Origin: Leptogorgia sarmentosa
Taxonomy: Eukaryota
Reading direction: 5' to 3'
Assembly: GCA_964658305.1 (NCBI GenBank)
Contig: OZ210885.1
Coordinates: 23,436,001 to 23,500,000 of the forward strand
Length of the DNA: 64,000 bases
Positions 34,113-48,900 of this stretch are shown piece after piece. Every line of letters starts with the position of its first letter. The stretch's first letter is position 1. Below the pieces are notes generated by a model that was given only the letters and a program-made list of their open reading frames with translations, did no database searches and was not told the DNA's origin. Both the position numbers and the translations under genes were made by a program.

Positions 34113-37100
34113 ATGGAAGGAATCGCTCAACTACAAGCCTCACAAAGGGCTCATAAAGCACATATAACAAAGGTTTTAAAGAAAGCAAACGACTTTGTAA
34201 ACACGGAGACACATGTAGACAAAAACATGGCGCTAGCCAGCTTGCAGACCGCACTGGAACAACTAATGAAGAAAAGGGACATTCTACGAGAACTCGACGC
34301 GAAGATTGTTGCAGAAATGGAAGATCCTACGGAACTTGAGCGCGAGATTTTTGAATCTGAAGAGATAAGTTACGAGTTAGAAGAGAACATCAGCCATATA
34401 CGTAAGTACATTGAAGTATTCTCTTTACCAAGTCCCACGCATGAATTAAGCAAGCCCGCTGCATCGACTTCAACCCCACAAGCCACTCTACAACAGGACA
34501 CAACGCAAGAAACCCCGCAAGAACCCAGCACGTACCCCAGCAAGAACACCCGCAACAAGCTGCACAACAAGTCTTCCCACAAGAGACCAGTCACAATCAC
34601 ACATCTACACCAATATCCACATCAGTTAATGCAAACGCACCACCATTTGTTCCACATGATCCAAGTAATGCCACCACCAGTACTCCTTCGCAACATACAT
34701 GTCGACTCCCAAAACTGAGCGTTCCTGTATTCTGTGGAAACCCTCTCCAATGGCAGTCTTTCTGGGACTTATTTGACACCACCGTGCATAGCAACTCCTC
34801 TCTAAATGGTGTACAGCGTTTCACCTATTTGAAGGCACAACTTAAGGGGCGATACTTTACAAGCTATAACGAGCAAGCAGTTAACCTCCTCAAAACACGA
34901 TTTGGACAGCCTCACAAGATAGTTAATGCACATATGCAAGCTCTGTTAGAAATCCCTGCCCCAAACGAGAAATTGGCCAGCCTTCAAAGATTTTACAACA
35001 CAATGAAACTCACATTCAAGGACTTGCATCAATTGGGAAAAGTCAAGATTCATATGGCGACCTTCTCATACCAATTATATTGGGGAAACTACCAAGCGTG
35101 TTTTGCAAGAATCTAGCTCGGGAGCATGGCACATTAGATTGGACAATCCACCAATTGCGTAGTGCTATCCAAAAGGAACTGAGAATTCTCGAACCTGGAC
35201 AGTTTGCCAATTCTTATAGTAGAAATAATGAACAGTCAAACTCCACTGTAACGTCCTCATTTCATACTCAATCACCCAACCAGTCAGCACCTCTATCCCC
35301 TAAACACACCCGACATCCAGTCCGTGGCAAAGGTGAACTATTCTGCCTCTACTGTAATGGAAAGCATCATCCCACAACATGCACTGTCATCACTGACCCT
35401 GAGAAGCGTTATGAAACCGTAAAGAAAGAAAACCGCTGCTTTAACTGTCTTGGTAGACACCCGGTCACCCTATGCAAGTCAATGAATCGTTGTCAATGTT
35501 GCAAATGGAAACATCACACCAGTCTATGTAAAACAAAATCGAATGTTACAAACCAGAAACAGGATAGTACCACCTCAGACCAATCTAAGGGACAACCACC
35601 AGCCACCCCACCATCAATCCATTCAACTAACATTAACTTGGATTGTGGTACAACTTGTTTATTAAAGACAGCGATTGCCACAGTAAGTGGTCCACAACTC
35701 AAGACAGAAGCGAACATCCTGTTTGATGAAGGGGCCCAGCGCTCATTCATCCAACAAGATCTGGTCAACCAACTCCAATTAGAGCCAACAAGGAAGAAGA
35801 CTATTAATTTATCCGCATTTGGTGCAGCTACCCTGTCAGTACGCCAACTTGATGTTGTAACAATCCATCTAATGACGGATTCTGAAAAGACATTATCCTT
35901 AGACGTCTTAGTAGTCCCTGACATCACCACCCCAATTCAAAACCACTTACACTCTATTGTGCCTAATTTGGAATACCTCAAGGAGTTTAAACTCGCCCAC
36001 CCAGTCTCTGCTGATGAACGGTTCGAGATCTCCCTGCTCATTGGTGTCGACTATTACTGGCAAATCGTGCAAGATGAGACTGTGCGAGGTGATGGACCAG
36101 TAGCAGTCAAATCAAAGTTGGGATATCTGCTTTCTGGACCAATTCATTCCAATGCATCATCCATGTCACCATCAACCAGAATTCTGAATGTAAAGATTCA
36201 GCACAAGGAAGAAATGTTTGACCTTGAACGTTTCTGGACAGTTGAGTCTCTTGGCATTACACCCCCTACAGTCAACGAAGAGCAAGAAAACCAAGCCAAA
36301 GAATACCAAAGTACATCCATAACATGTGACAAAGACGGTGCTTACATTGCTGCCTTCCCCTGGAAGAAAGACCATCATCCACTTCCTACAAACTACAAAA
36401 CATGTGAACGCCGAACAAGATTGTTAGCTCGTCGCCTAGCCCAGTCACCAGCCCTCCTGAAAACCTATGGAGAGATTATCGCAGATCAGGAGAAACGTGG
36501 GTTCATCGAGCAGCTTCAACCGCAACAAAATGGTCCAAATCAACACTACATACCACATCACCCTGTTATCAAAAAGTCCTCCACAACACCCGTGCGAATC
36601 GTTTATGATTGTAGCTGCCAACAGTCAACCAACTCCCCAAGCCTAAACGACTGTCTAGAGACGGGACCTCCACTATTGACTGATATGTGTTCCATTCTTC
36701 TACGTTTTCGTACGCACATGTACGCCTTTTCCACTGATATCGAGAAAGCGTTTCTCCAAGTAGGTTAAACGAACATGACCGAGATTTTGCACGTTTCTTA
36801 TGGCTATCAAATCCCAGCGATCCAGAAAGCCCATTCGTCACGTATCGTTTCAAGGTGGTCCTATTTGGCTCTGTAAGTTCCCTCTTCATGCTTAATGCTA
36901 CCTTACACCACCATCTGGATAGTCACAACACCACCGTTACCCAAGACATGAAGGAGAACCTTTATGTCGATAACCTGATATCCGGGTGTGGAACGGAAGT
37001 CGAGGTCATCAACTCCTACGAAGAAGCACGATCCACCATGAGTCAAGGTCACTTCAACTTACGTTCCTGGGCAAGCAATAGTCCCGTACTCCAAAGACGT

Positions 37101-39000
37101 GCTGCCATTGACAAGACAACTGACAAGTCGCAGAGTGTCAACCTTCTTGGTCTTAAATGGAACCCTATAGCTGACCAGCTTACCCTAGTGGAGAACAGTG
37201 GCAGTTTCACTCAAACCAAACGCCAGATCCTACAACAATCTGCAAAGGTTTATGATCTGCTTGGTCTCTTATCCCCTGTGACGGTGCGAGCCAGAATTAT
37301 GTTGCAAGACCTGTGGCGTGGAAAACTCTCTTGGGACCAACCTGTCGATGAAGACCTCGCTCGGGCATGGTCAAACATTGCTGAAGATATCCAAGAGTCC
37401 ATCCGTGTGTGTGCAACCCGTTCAAGACCGTTCTTCCCGGAGATAGTGAAGCAAGAAGACAAGGTCCACTTACACGTATTTTCCGATGCCAGCACAGTAG
37501 CATATGGCGCAGTAGCATATGGCGCAACAGCATTTCTTCAACGAGCAAACCATACATCATTTGTTACGGCAAAAACCTGTGTTGTACCCCTCAAGACACG
37601 AACACTTCCTCAACTGGAACTCATGGCTGCCCTCATCGGTGCAAGATTGGCTCATTTCATCCAAAACAACCTGCAGAAACGATTTCTCAATTTGAACGTC
37701 CATTTGTGGTCAGACAGTCAGATCGTTCTTCATTGGTTATCCAGTGAAAAAACATTACCACAATTTGTCGCCAACCGTGTGAAAGACATCAAGCAACTTT
37801 ATTCCCCCTCTTTCTGGTGTTACTGTCCCACATCAGACAACCCAGCCGATCTGTTAACCCGAGGAATTACTTTCCGTCAACTTCGATCTTCAACGATTTG
37901 GTTCCATGGCCCATCGTGGTTAACATCCGAAAGTCAGTGGCCGTCATGGATCCCCAACGAATCACTATTGTTATCCACGCAGACACTTGACGTGTCTACC
38001 GCCTCTGCGACAACCAGTATACAGTACGTCCACCAAAACCAGTTGCACGCAGGTGTAAATTCCACTGTTACAGCACTACGCCAGAAATTCTGGATTCCCG
38101 CAGCGTGTCAGTCTGTAAAGAAAGTTCTCCACCGTTGTGTTACCTGCCGGAAAGTTGTAGGAAATCTGTATGGAACGCTGACGGAACAGAGTCCAAAGTG
38201 TACATCTGTCTTTTCACTTGCGCAACATCCAGAGCCATCCACCTCGAAATTGTCATTGATTTGACTGAAGAAACCTTTATCCAAGCCTTCCACCGTTTTG
38301 CTAGTCGCAGATCACTTCCAAAACGAATGATATCTGACAACGTGTCAACCTACCATTCGGCAGCGGATGAACTTAAAAGGCTCTTTCAATCACCCTCACT
38401 AAAGAAAGCATTCATTGTGCGTGGAGTTGAGTGGGAGTTCATACCCAAGAGAGCACCATGCCAGATAGGTATGACGAAAACGGTCATCAAGAAGGTACTC
38501 GGTCGAGCAAGAATCAGCCTCACCGCCCTTCAAACGCTAATTACAGAAATCGAAGCTGTGCTCAATGACAGACCATTAACCTATATTTCCTCCGATTTAA
38601 ATGACCTCCAACCCGTCACACCCGCTCACCTTATCTACGGCAGACTAATGACGATGTTACCTTACGAAGACGTAGATGATGACGAGATTGAAGATCCAGA
38701 TTTCATGGATGACTCTGAAGCAAGAAGAAGGGTTAAAACACGAGCACAACGGTTAAAGCAATTCGAATCGCGGTGGAAAAGGGAGTATCTGACGTCACTT
38801 CGTGAGTTTCACAAGACCACGGGAAAAAACACTGAGTCAGTTCAAGCAAGCGACAAACCGAGACTCCAATGGAAAATGGGAGTTATCGAAAGCCTGATAT
38901 GAGGAAAGGATGGTTTTGTATGCGCCGCGAATCTATGCACCAAAAGCGGAAAGACCAATCGACCCATCACAAAGCTCTATCCATTAGAACTTTGCAGCAA
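34113..39000 (+). pseudogene. BEL/Pao gag-pol (Cys-His knuckles, aspartic protease, RT, RNase H/A17, integrase) with frameshifts and stops
   Basis: CLYCNGKH, CFNCLGRH, LFDEGAQRS, YIPHHPV, DIEKAF, YVDN, FSDAS, LELMAA, WSDS, NPAD, ISDN, EAVLNDRPL. Confidence 0.93.
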
Positions 39001-40339
39001 TGGTTCCTCGAAAACCCCAACTGTACAGAAATCTGATGAATCCACAGAGATAGCTACCAAGACCTCAAGAACACCGGTACGTAAAGCTGCAACACAAGCG
39101 TCACAAAGGATTAAGGATTGGGCTGTTTAATATTACACTAAGTTCATGTAACATTCTTATTATTATTACTCTGTGGTACAAGACAGTGGGCTCGGAAACG
39201 TGCCCTGTACGTTTTAGCGTTAAAAATTGTAATGGAGTGATCGTTTAGTTTCACCAAATAAAATCAGTACAAAACGTTGTCTTTCTCGACAGAACTTTCC
39301 AAATTGCCTGGGGGCTCTCGATGGAAAGCACATAGCTATAGAGTGCCCAGGATACAGTGGATCACAATATTTTAACTATAAACACTTTTTCAGCATTGTT
39401 TTAATGGTAATGTATGATGCAAATTACTGCTTCACACTTGTCCATGTGTTAAATTACGGAAAGGATAATGATGCTCACATTTTCAATGAATCTGATATGG
39501 GAAAGGCTTTCCTTGCAAAACAAATGAACATCCCATCTCCAACAGAAGTGAACAACCACTACCTTCCATATGTGATTGTTTCAGACAAAATTTTTGGACT
39601 TCAAAGATGGCTAATGAAGCCCTATCCTGGAAAGGGTCTTGATGAACAACAAGCTGTTTTTAATTACAGGTTAAGTCGCTGTCGAAGGACAATAGAAAAC
39701 TGTTTTGGTATTTTATCAGCAAGATGGCATATTTTCAGATGGCCTATAAGAGCTGCACCAGAAACAGTTGATGGTATAGTGAAAGCATGCTTATGCCTGC
39801 ACAATTACTTACGGCTAACAGAAAATGCACAATATATTCCAACAGGTTTTGTCGATTCAGAAGATTCATCAGGAAACATTAATCCTGGTGACTGGAGAAA
39901 TATGGTCCAGGATGAAGAAGGTGCATTCAAATGTACACATACCGGTCCAACTTTTAACACATCATCAAATAAAGCAAAGGATATTCGAGATAATTTTAAA
40001 AACTATTTTAATAGTAAAAATGGTTCGCTACCATGGCAAAGGTCTCATGTAAATAGCTGCTAATTTATAAATGTTGTTATCACCATGTCACAATAAATAG
40101 AACTCAAACAAGGAATTCATCCAACTACAACATTTTTAGGTACAATTTCTCTCTTAAAAATAGAGTAACATATAAAAAATGTTCATAATTATGTTCAATG
40201 TTCATATTAAACTACATAAAAATGAGTGTTGAAAACAGGATCAATTTAAACTCAACAACAACACAACAAACAGCGCATTATTCATGCAAGTTGTTGATCA
40301 TTTTGTGCTGGAAATGGTGTCCACATGTAATTACTTAGC

Positions 40340-41180
40340 AAATTTTGTGAACTGGATTGAATTAGGGTTGTTGCGTGGTGGTAAACTGCATTGGATTTTG
40401 CATGGTAAGGTTATTGTAGTTACCAAACTGTATATCCAAAAATATTTTCTCTATTGCACTTCGGGCAACTGCCTTGTTCTTTTCATCTAACTTTCTCATC
40501 CTATTCCCCAGGCTCATGCAATACACATAATCCTGATCCATTTCTTGTTTATCTGCATGTTTCATGGAACTTTCTTGTAGCTTAATGCTTTCATTGAGAC
40601 TTGAAATTGACTTATCTAATTGTCAATCGGTTCCCTCTAATTTTCGTTTACGGCTTTTTGTTTTTTTCCACTGTTTTTTACTTTCTCCTTTGGTGCTATC
40701 TTGAGGGGTGCTAACTGTGGTTGTGCGATCTTTAGGGGTGCGCTAACTTTTGTTGTAGATGTGCTTTCATCCACAGTTTGGTTAACAGTTGTCTGAATAC
40801 TGGCGATGCTGTCATCACTTCCTTCGTCTGGACTTAACATTAACAGCCACAGGTGGTTGATCAGACATAGAGCTCTTCTCAATGTTCCTATCAGAGAGCT
40901 TAAAATTTCCAGAGCTTCGCCTGATTATAAAGGGCTTCAGCCATAGAAGATGCTCATATTTTGGATTTACTACAAAATCACCAGCTCCTGAATCAGATCT
41001 CCCCCTCATTTTGCTTAGATATCTGCTAAACTCAGTCCTGATAGTCTCATACCTTCGCTTTACAGAATCTATGGTTTCGTGGAGTCGTTCTGCGATTTTC
41101 TTCCAGCTGTTGGCTTTCTTATTCCTATCTTTGAAATCCTTTGACGCTCGGTTGTATATAGAAGGAAATTTTTTGAAGTG
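40340..41180 (-). pseudogene. Harbinger accessory Myb/SANT-like (MADF) protein with C-terminal BESS-like motif
   Basis: FPSIYNRASKDFKDRNKKANSWKKIA...KRRYETIRTEF (MADF) and DYVYCMSLGNRMRKL...IEKIF; convergent with the transposase. Confidence 0.8.
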
Positions 41181-42683
41181 AGATGATTTCTGGAGTCTCG
41201 ACTCTAATTTCTTGTCGCATTCCATCTGTTTTCGGTTTTCATTTACATCACAGTAGCAATTTGTCATGGTTATCAACATTGGCCATTCAGGGATTTCTCA
41301 ATGAGAATGCTTGCCTTAAGTGGATATAAAGATGGTGATTAAACAAACAATTACCTAAGTTTTGAACATATTGTAGCAGTATGTAATGTGTTACTGTCCT
41401 TAAACTGCAACATTCTAGTGGGGAAAAAAACAAGAATTTGAACTACGAAGTTAAATGTATAACTGCAGCTACAAGTTAAACTGATATGAACAGTAATTTG
41501 TATATGTTCTGGTTGTACATATCGAGGTGTCTGGGTTTAATGTTGAATGTTTATTTACAAAATTACAATTTTTCATCATTGTCTCTGATGTCTGTACTGG
41601 GCCTCAAGAAACAAAAGCGAATCTGATGCATCATCAGGTTTCACTGTTTCCACCTCTGGTATAATGCGTTCACAATTTGCTCTAACATCTGGTTCAAGGT
41701 AATCATTCCCAAATGCCATAACACCAGATAATATAGCAACTTCATCAGTTGATACAGGTTTTCCTAAAATAGAAGTACATATTAGACATAATTTTGTTGT
41801 ATTTTCGTGACTGTGTTATGCCTGACCATTTTATTTACCAATTGGTGAGTAGTGCAACATAATGGTTGAAACTAAAGTGCACTAGGTTGGCACTGGTGTA
41901 CACTGACTGCCTGTTATGAAATATATGTCAGCTATTTTGTCCTGATTGTGCTGAAAGCTAATATTTATTAATTTTACTTGTCTCTATATAAATTAATCTT
42001 TACAAGTTTTAATAACGAACTCATAGTGCAAGTTGGCTTTTACATACCACATTCTTCTGCACCATGTGCTTGTGGAAAACGGTACAGATGATCTGGTATT
42101 CCTTTAGGTAATGCAGCATCTTTTTGCTTTCCTACTCTGTGTGAATTCCATACTGAAGAACAGAAAGCATCCAATGGTATAAAAATAAGACACCTGTGAG
42201 CAAAAAATAAAGTATACAGGTATTGATTGTAGATAAATTTAGTTTGTAGTGATGAAATTAAATATCATGTCATTTAAGGGTTAAGAGCTTTGGTTGGTAG
42301 TGTCTAACAAGATGATAAATGCTTTAATATTAAATGGATAAACCAGGGGCGGATCCAGCGTTTCGAACGTACTTAGTCGCAAAGGGGTTGTGGCGACCTA
42401 GGGGGGTCCGGGGGCATGCTCCCCCGGGGAAATTTTGAAAATTGAAGCTCGGAAATGGCATTTCCGGGCATTTCAGAGGGGCTTTAAATGATAAAATTTA
42501 CGAGGTTTTAGGTCTGATTAAAGCACTGCCTGCAAATTTTCAACCGTTTCGCTCAATATCAGAGCTCATCAGCATGCCTAGGATGTACTTTGAAATATTA
42601 ATTCAGTATAACATCCGACATGGACGGCCAAGTTTTTGCAAACTCAGCCTTATAAAAAAATCTTTATTATTACTTACAAAGTA

Positions 42684-42906
42684 ATCCACCACCACCAAAT
42701 CCACCACCACCACCAAATCCACCACCACCACCACCAAATCCACCACAACCGACATCAAATCCACCACCACCAAATCCACCACAACCAACATCAAATCCAC
42801 CACAACCAACATTAAATCCACCACAACCAACATTAAATCCATCAGGAAAACCGAAACCACAATAAGACCAAGATGAACAGGAAAACCGAAACCACAATAA
42901 GACCAA
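42684..42906. repeat. Low-complexity minisatellite (AAATCCACCACC/ACAACCAAC units, then a ~37-bp duplication) downstream of the hAT transposase
   Basis: Directly visible; it produces spurious Gly- or Val-rich ORFs. Confidence 0.85.
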
Positions 42907-42921
42907 GGTTACAACTACAAC

Positions 42922-45900
42922 CTAGAAAGCCAATTCAATCCTTCTCCTATCTTTTGCAAACAAGTCAATCACTTTTTCAACATCTAGCTCTAAATCCTGG
43001 TGAATGTACAGCAAAGCCAAACCATTTAAGCGAGCTGCTGCCATAGTGCTTCGGGTATAATCTTTAAGTCTTCTTAAAGCAGAAAAGGATCTCTCACACT
43101 CACAGGAAGTAACGGGAATAGTTCCCAAGATTCGTAATAAAACTTTTATATTCTCAAAACCAGGAAAATTAATAGCTTTCAATGTGGACGAAACGTTATC
43201 AGGAAGACTATCGTTAGATTTCCAGAATGATTCCCATAAATCAAGCTCACCGTCCAAAGCAATAGGGTTAGGGAGATCATCAGAAAACATAGAAGCGAAT
43301 AAAGAAAATTTATCTTTCCAACATGTACCTCCAGAGTTGGAATTAGAAGAATAAGAGACCAATTTTGCTGGAATGATATACAAGCCATTATAAACATTAG
43401 TGGAAGATTCGTCAAATCTACTTGCTAATTCAGAATTCAAGTGATCAGCCATGGGGATGGTAATGGACTTCTTATAGTAATCAGAAATGGAATCTGAAGG
43501 AATGTTACTGCGATGAATTTGGCTCTTGCAAGTCCTGGGCTTACTCTCGTCAATATTGATTTTAGTTGCCAATTCTAAAACAAGTTTATACCATTTGGCA
43601 TGATAATTATCAACACCATTGCGAATTAACGTAACCAAATTCTTTAAAGACTCAACTAAATGCAAGCCATCCGCGATATCGTTACTCGAAGATTGAAGTA
43701 ATTGAGTAACAGGGAGAGTAAGGTCGAAAAAGCACCTCGTAATAACCAGGCAAGCAATGAAATCGAAGCTGCTTAGTGTTCTAAAAAGCGACCCAGCTTT
43801 GCTTGATGTTTCACTGTTACACTTCTTTTCCAGGTTGAGTTCCATCTCTTCAAGGGTCATTGCAATTGCAACAAAGAGCTCCTCGAACGTGTCGAGGCTT
43901 TCAATCCGCTCAACCCACCTGGTTTTGCAAGCACTTTTCAACCGTTTCTTCAGTGAGTCTGAGCAGTAACTGCTGATGTTTGACTCAAGCATTAGCTGTC
44001 TCGTATCAGATGAGTTGAAAAAATTAGCAACTTCTTTAACCTGCTCTAAAGCATTTTTTACACATTGAACAGAGCATGATCCTAAAATGCTTAGGTTTAA
44101 CCTATGGCTATAGCAGTGAGTATAAATAGCTTTATTATTCAAGCGCTTTATCCTAGCAGCAAGACCATTAATGTGGCCAGCAACAGCACCTGCACCATCA
44201 TAGCCCTGCCCACGGCAGTCCTGAATATCCAAGCACAATTCCTCGCTCAAGCATCTCAAAATTACAGCAGCTAGATCCTTCCCTGCTAAGCCTTCACTAC
44301 AATGTATAAAACGAAAGAATTCTTCCCTTATATTAAATTCTGAATCTATAAAGCGAAGAACAAGTGACATTTGCTCTTTATGAGAAATGTCACAAGTTTC
44401 GTCAGCAATGATCGCATAAAACTTGCTCTTTTTAACCTCTTGAAGAATATGCTCTGTGATGAGCTGCCCACAACACCTAATTAATTCATATTGAGTTGTT
44501 TTCGATATATAGGAAGCATTCTTGGGGTGGTTTCTTAAGTGTGCCTCAAGATCAAAGTCCCCACCTCGAACACGATAATTAAGCAGCTTAATAAAATTTC
44601 CCACACCGGGAGAAGAATAATGACCAACTTCAGGGTGATATTTGGAATCATCTCGATGGCCACGGAGTGGCAAATTCAACTGACCAGAAAGAATAACTGT
44701 ATCAACTACAGAAACCAGTTTCTTTCTATTCTCAGAAACTTTTTTCTTCAAATTAGAATCAATCATCACATTGATTGGCTGCATTTTCCCAGATGATTGG
44801 GCAAGTATATCTTGCAAGATGGCATGTGTGTCAGAATGAAGACCAGAAGATGATTTCTCATGACGTTTAAAAGCAGCCTTGGCATCACGCCAGTATTTGA
44901 AAGGCTCACTAAAAAGCTTCTTAATCTTGCCAATCTTGGACGGAAACCTATCCCCAAACAAAACACACGAAAGACAAAACACTCCATCTAATTTTGGTGA
45001 ATAACATAGCGAAGAATGCTCCTGAAGCCAATTAAGCTGAAATCGTCTACCATTAGTAGACTTGGGAAAAGAAAAATACTTGTCAGGTATAAAGACGCTT
45101 GTAACAAGCTTCTCAATCTCAAAATTCTCCATGCCCTTAACTTTTCCCCTATAGGAAGCAACATCAAATTCATAGTCACTAGAATCAGATGACCCTTCAC
45201 TAGAAGACGCACCTTTATTTAACAGAATGCTAGTTGTTGGTACGGATGATGCTTCAGCAGAATTAGAACTACTAGGTTTGCTTACAGTAGATGACACTTG
45301 TAAATTTGCCTTGGTGCTTAAAGGCAAAAATGACAACTTAGATTGAATTGCCATCTTTTTTGGCTTAGAAGAAGGAAAACTATATTTTCTTTTGACACCT
45401 TTTATCCCAGAAACTAAAGGCACATAATGATTGTGATTAAATGATACAGATGGAGGAAGTACACCTTCAAGGCAAAACAAAATTCTCAACTCAGTGATAT
45501 CTGGAGATAGATTAGCATTAGTTAGGTGACGAGGCTCAATCTTTTGATTGAACAATAACCTGAATCTCTCAGAGCTGGAGTCAAAGTCAGGATAATGTGA
45601 GTATATAGTACAGGACGTGACAGTAGATAATGCTAATAAACAAATAAATCCACACCATCTTTTATCACCACAGTTGAGCAATGCCTCTTTCCTTACTAAC
45701 TCAGCAGAAGGCACATCACCTGCTGTGTCAACAGCCTCAAATGACAACGACATAGCAACCATACCTTTCAACGACTTAAAAATTCTATGCTTGTTACTCT
45801 CAAAAAGTGATGTAAGACATGGATGCTTGCAGTAATAATCGGCATGTAAAAACAACTCAACTGATGTCATCAATCTCAGAATTGAAACGAGAGAGTTGTC

Positions 45901-48900
45901 CCCAACCAACAACAAAGAGACAGAGCTATATAAACAGTCACCACTTGCATTAGATCTAAAATATGAAGCAAAAATAATCATTATTTTATAAGCCTTGCTA
46001 CCTTGACAGTTGTAAATAAATCTAGTCAAAATAGACTAGTCGACTTTGGAGAAAATCAAACATCCCGGGGCATTTCTTAGTAAAAGTTGGTAACAAGCAG
46101 TTTCTGAAGTACTTTTATCTGCTGAAGACGAAAATGCTTGTTACCAAAGCTGAAATTGCGATCTTCAGTGAGAAAAGACATCACAAAAGGTGAAGTCATC
46201 AAAATGACGAATACAGAGAAATAAATCTTTTACTTACCGATATACATCTTATTTTGATCCACTGATGATCACTGACTGGCATTAGTTGTCTTGCATGCTA
46301 AAATTTAAACAATTAGGGTGTGGTTGACACCTTGTTACGTCAGTTACGTCATAATGACGTCATACAGTCCCTAAATTATTTCGAATCTACAAATTGCTTG
46401 GAAATATATTTTTAATTTTTTGATTGTTAATAGCAACATCTGATTTGGATAACTTTGCTGATTACTTATTTAAATAAGCATTGATAATAGTGTTTAAAGG
46501 ACATTGGCAACGAAAATTTTTATTGCCTATTTTGAAATTGCTACATCACCTAACGACAGATCTGGTATTAATTTTCGTCTAAACGTTTTAGTTTATGAGT
46601 TATTTGCATTTGAATTCACTCTAAATCTGCATGTCGTCGGCCATCTTGGATAAAAATCTCAAAAAATTATATCTTGCGTAATATGATCCATTGACGTCAT
46701 AAGATGGGTTCGACGAAAACAACAGTATAGTTTTGTATGGTGTTCTGTATCGAGTTGTCTAGTTTCAATGGAAAATTTTGATGGAAAACTATTTCAATGG
46801 AAAACATTCACGAGAATCGAGTTGCGGGGGTACTACACCACCTATTTGAGCCAAAAGCGCGAGGGAATCAAAGCAATACTAGCCATGAAATAGATTCAGA
46901 TCAAAGCAGCGATCTGTCTTTGATGAGGAAGTCTTGTACAATAGCTGCGCTAACAACTTAACTATAGTGTCCTATAGCTATTATTTCCTAGGATCAGACT
47001 TGCCTTAGTTTTGTTAATCATATTTCTTCAACTTTGCTGGTTACTAGCGATGAAAAATATTCAGATCATCATAAAAGAAGCGATCTGTCTTTGTCTGATA
47101 AGGAAGTCGCGTACAATAGCAACGCGCAATGATGACTAAACCCGCGCTAATATAAGGACTTCATTCCCTAAGATCAGACTTGGCTTAGTTTTATTGATAA
47201 TGCTTCCTCAACTTAATTTGCTTGTCCGTACAAACAGGCGCGACATATATCACATCAATACGGCTATATCTTTTGCAAACCGGCTGTAAATCAGATGCAC
47301 TCATGTGATATGCAGCAGCGCAGTTAGTGCATATGAACCCAACCCAGTGATACAAACAAACATTTTCGGTGCAAACTCTAATTTTACTCGCATGGCTATC
47401 AGTAGAATTCACCTGTATCATACAGTAGGTTATAGCATTGAGTTTCTTACAGACAACGAGTTATTTCTACAAAGACTACAATACAATATATAACATGTGT
47501 TGATGCGTGCGTGTGGTAAAATGAGTCTTGTCTGAGGAGTATATAAGTTGTCAAAGTCTTAGCTCGTTTTAACAGCGCAAACACATGCGTATGTTTCAAA
47601 TAATGTCTTAAAAATATTCCCAGGCACCTAATACTATGCAACGACTTTAAATTCTTAGCGGTTTATCAGTATTTTTCCGCTAAAATGATTTTAGAACAAC
47701 ATTAATGATAAAGTCATATAGATCGTATAGTTGTATTTTGCGTCGAACCCATCTTATGACGTCACATCATAAATTCTACATAAATTAGCATACGCGGTTT
47801 TTTTCAAAATGGCCGACGACTGTTGAACATTTTCATCAATTTTCTCAGCAACTAAACGCGTTGGGCAGCGTAAACTAGGAAATTAAGTATTCCGTAGGAA
47901 TAGTCTACCGATATAACGAATAAAAATTTTCGTTGCCAATGTCCTTTAAAGTAAAACTACAAAGTTTTAGTTCTTATCGCGTTTTTGTACTTAAATCGTT
48001 TAAAAGTGAAGTTACTCATGTCTTTATAAACTTTTGTCTCGATTTTTGTCTGACTTTTTATCAATGCGCCAGCTTTGCAACAATGTTTGGATAATATTTT
48101 GGCAATTGTTTCATTTGTTTGTGATATCACTTGCACAGAAACAGTTTTCTTATTGTGTTTGCGTATTTAGTATGTTGAATACCTGATGATTTTAAACGAT
48201 TTCTGTATCAGATTACATATCTTATTGTCAAATGATATATCGAAATTCATAGCGTATGTTACACAAAAACACAGTAATCTGGTATCTGAGCAATCCATAT
48301 TATTTACCTGTTGGATCGTTTTGCACAGTCATCGTTTTGCGGTTCATAAATAGTTGTAACTTCTTTGTCCTTATCTTAGTTCTAAAGCAAGTCTCCGGTG
48401 GTATGTTCTACTTGATAAGTTGTTTCATTTAGTGTTGTTGTTTTTACAGCAGTTTGTGTTAGCGGTTTTCCCGCACCCACAAACACTTGTGCAGAACAAG
48501 CTAGACTTTTTGCAACTACATCGACATGTTGTACAACCAGTGCGACATGAACAAGAGATTATTTCACCGCAAGCTTTTGGGATCGGATCTTGGGTCATCA
48601 GAACAGGTCGCAATTTGTTGTCATCGGTTCTGTTCCATCCCATCGTTACAGGATCTGGAAGGAGGGGCTCCGAACGGTGCGCTTGTTTCCAAACAAGTGT
48701 CTGATAGTGAGCACGTAACGTGTGCAGTGATAATGCATCGCTCGTTGGTGGTAATGCCTCTGGCTTTCCTTGGAAAATAGTACAACTCGGGCCTTGTCAA
48801 CCGATGCAAGATCCAATTTGTACATCATGCAAATGAACTTCTCCACTGCTTTCTTCTTCTGCTCTGTTAATACGCCTTCTCCTATCGACGAAAGTAGTTC

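Larger units (their letters stand above)
33880..39291 (+). mobile_element. BEL/Pao LTR retrotransposon, degenerate
   Basis: 5-bp TSD GAACT (33875-33879, 39292-39296); 5' LTR TGTCGAG...CTCGACA at 33880-34080; 3' LTR 39123-39291, missing its 5' part and the PPT. Confidence 0.95.
30265..40063 (+). pseudogene. Harbinger (DDE_Tnp_4/HARBI1-like) transposase; exon 1 30265-30474, exon 2 from 33608, split by BEL at 33880-39291
   Basis: FWVRKIF...DREYYFR|FLRMSPDRFE...ERLTITLRYLASGDS...KWN[BEL]FPNCLGALDGKH...FNYK...FNYRLSRCRRTIENCFGILSARW...LHNY. Confidence 0.9.
30114..41180 (+). mobile_element. PIF/Harbinger transposon (left end present, right TIR not found)
   Basis: Starts TAA|AGCCTGGTTTTCATATATCG, with the motif repeated at ~30192. 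It carries a DDE transposase on + and a convergent MADF gene on -. Confidence 0.88.

Noticed and set aside
42277..42284. AGGGTTAA as the missing piggyBac end
   Set aside because: It matches only the terminal few bases, and would require the piggyBac to enclose half of the Harbinger it is inserted in.
42603..42906. Gly-rich and Val-rich ORFs
   Set aside because: Translations of a low-complexity minisatellite.
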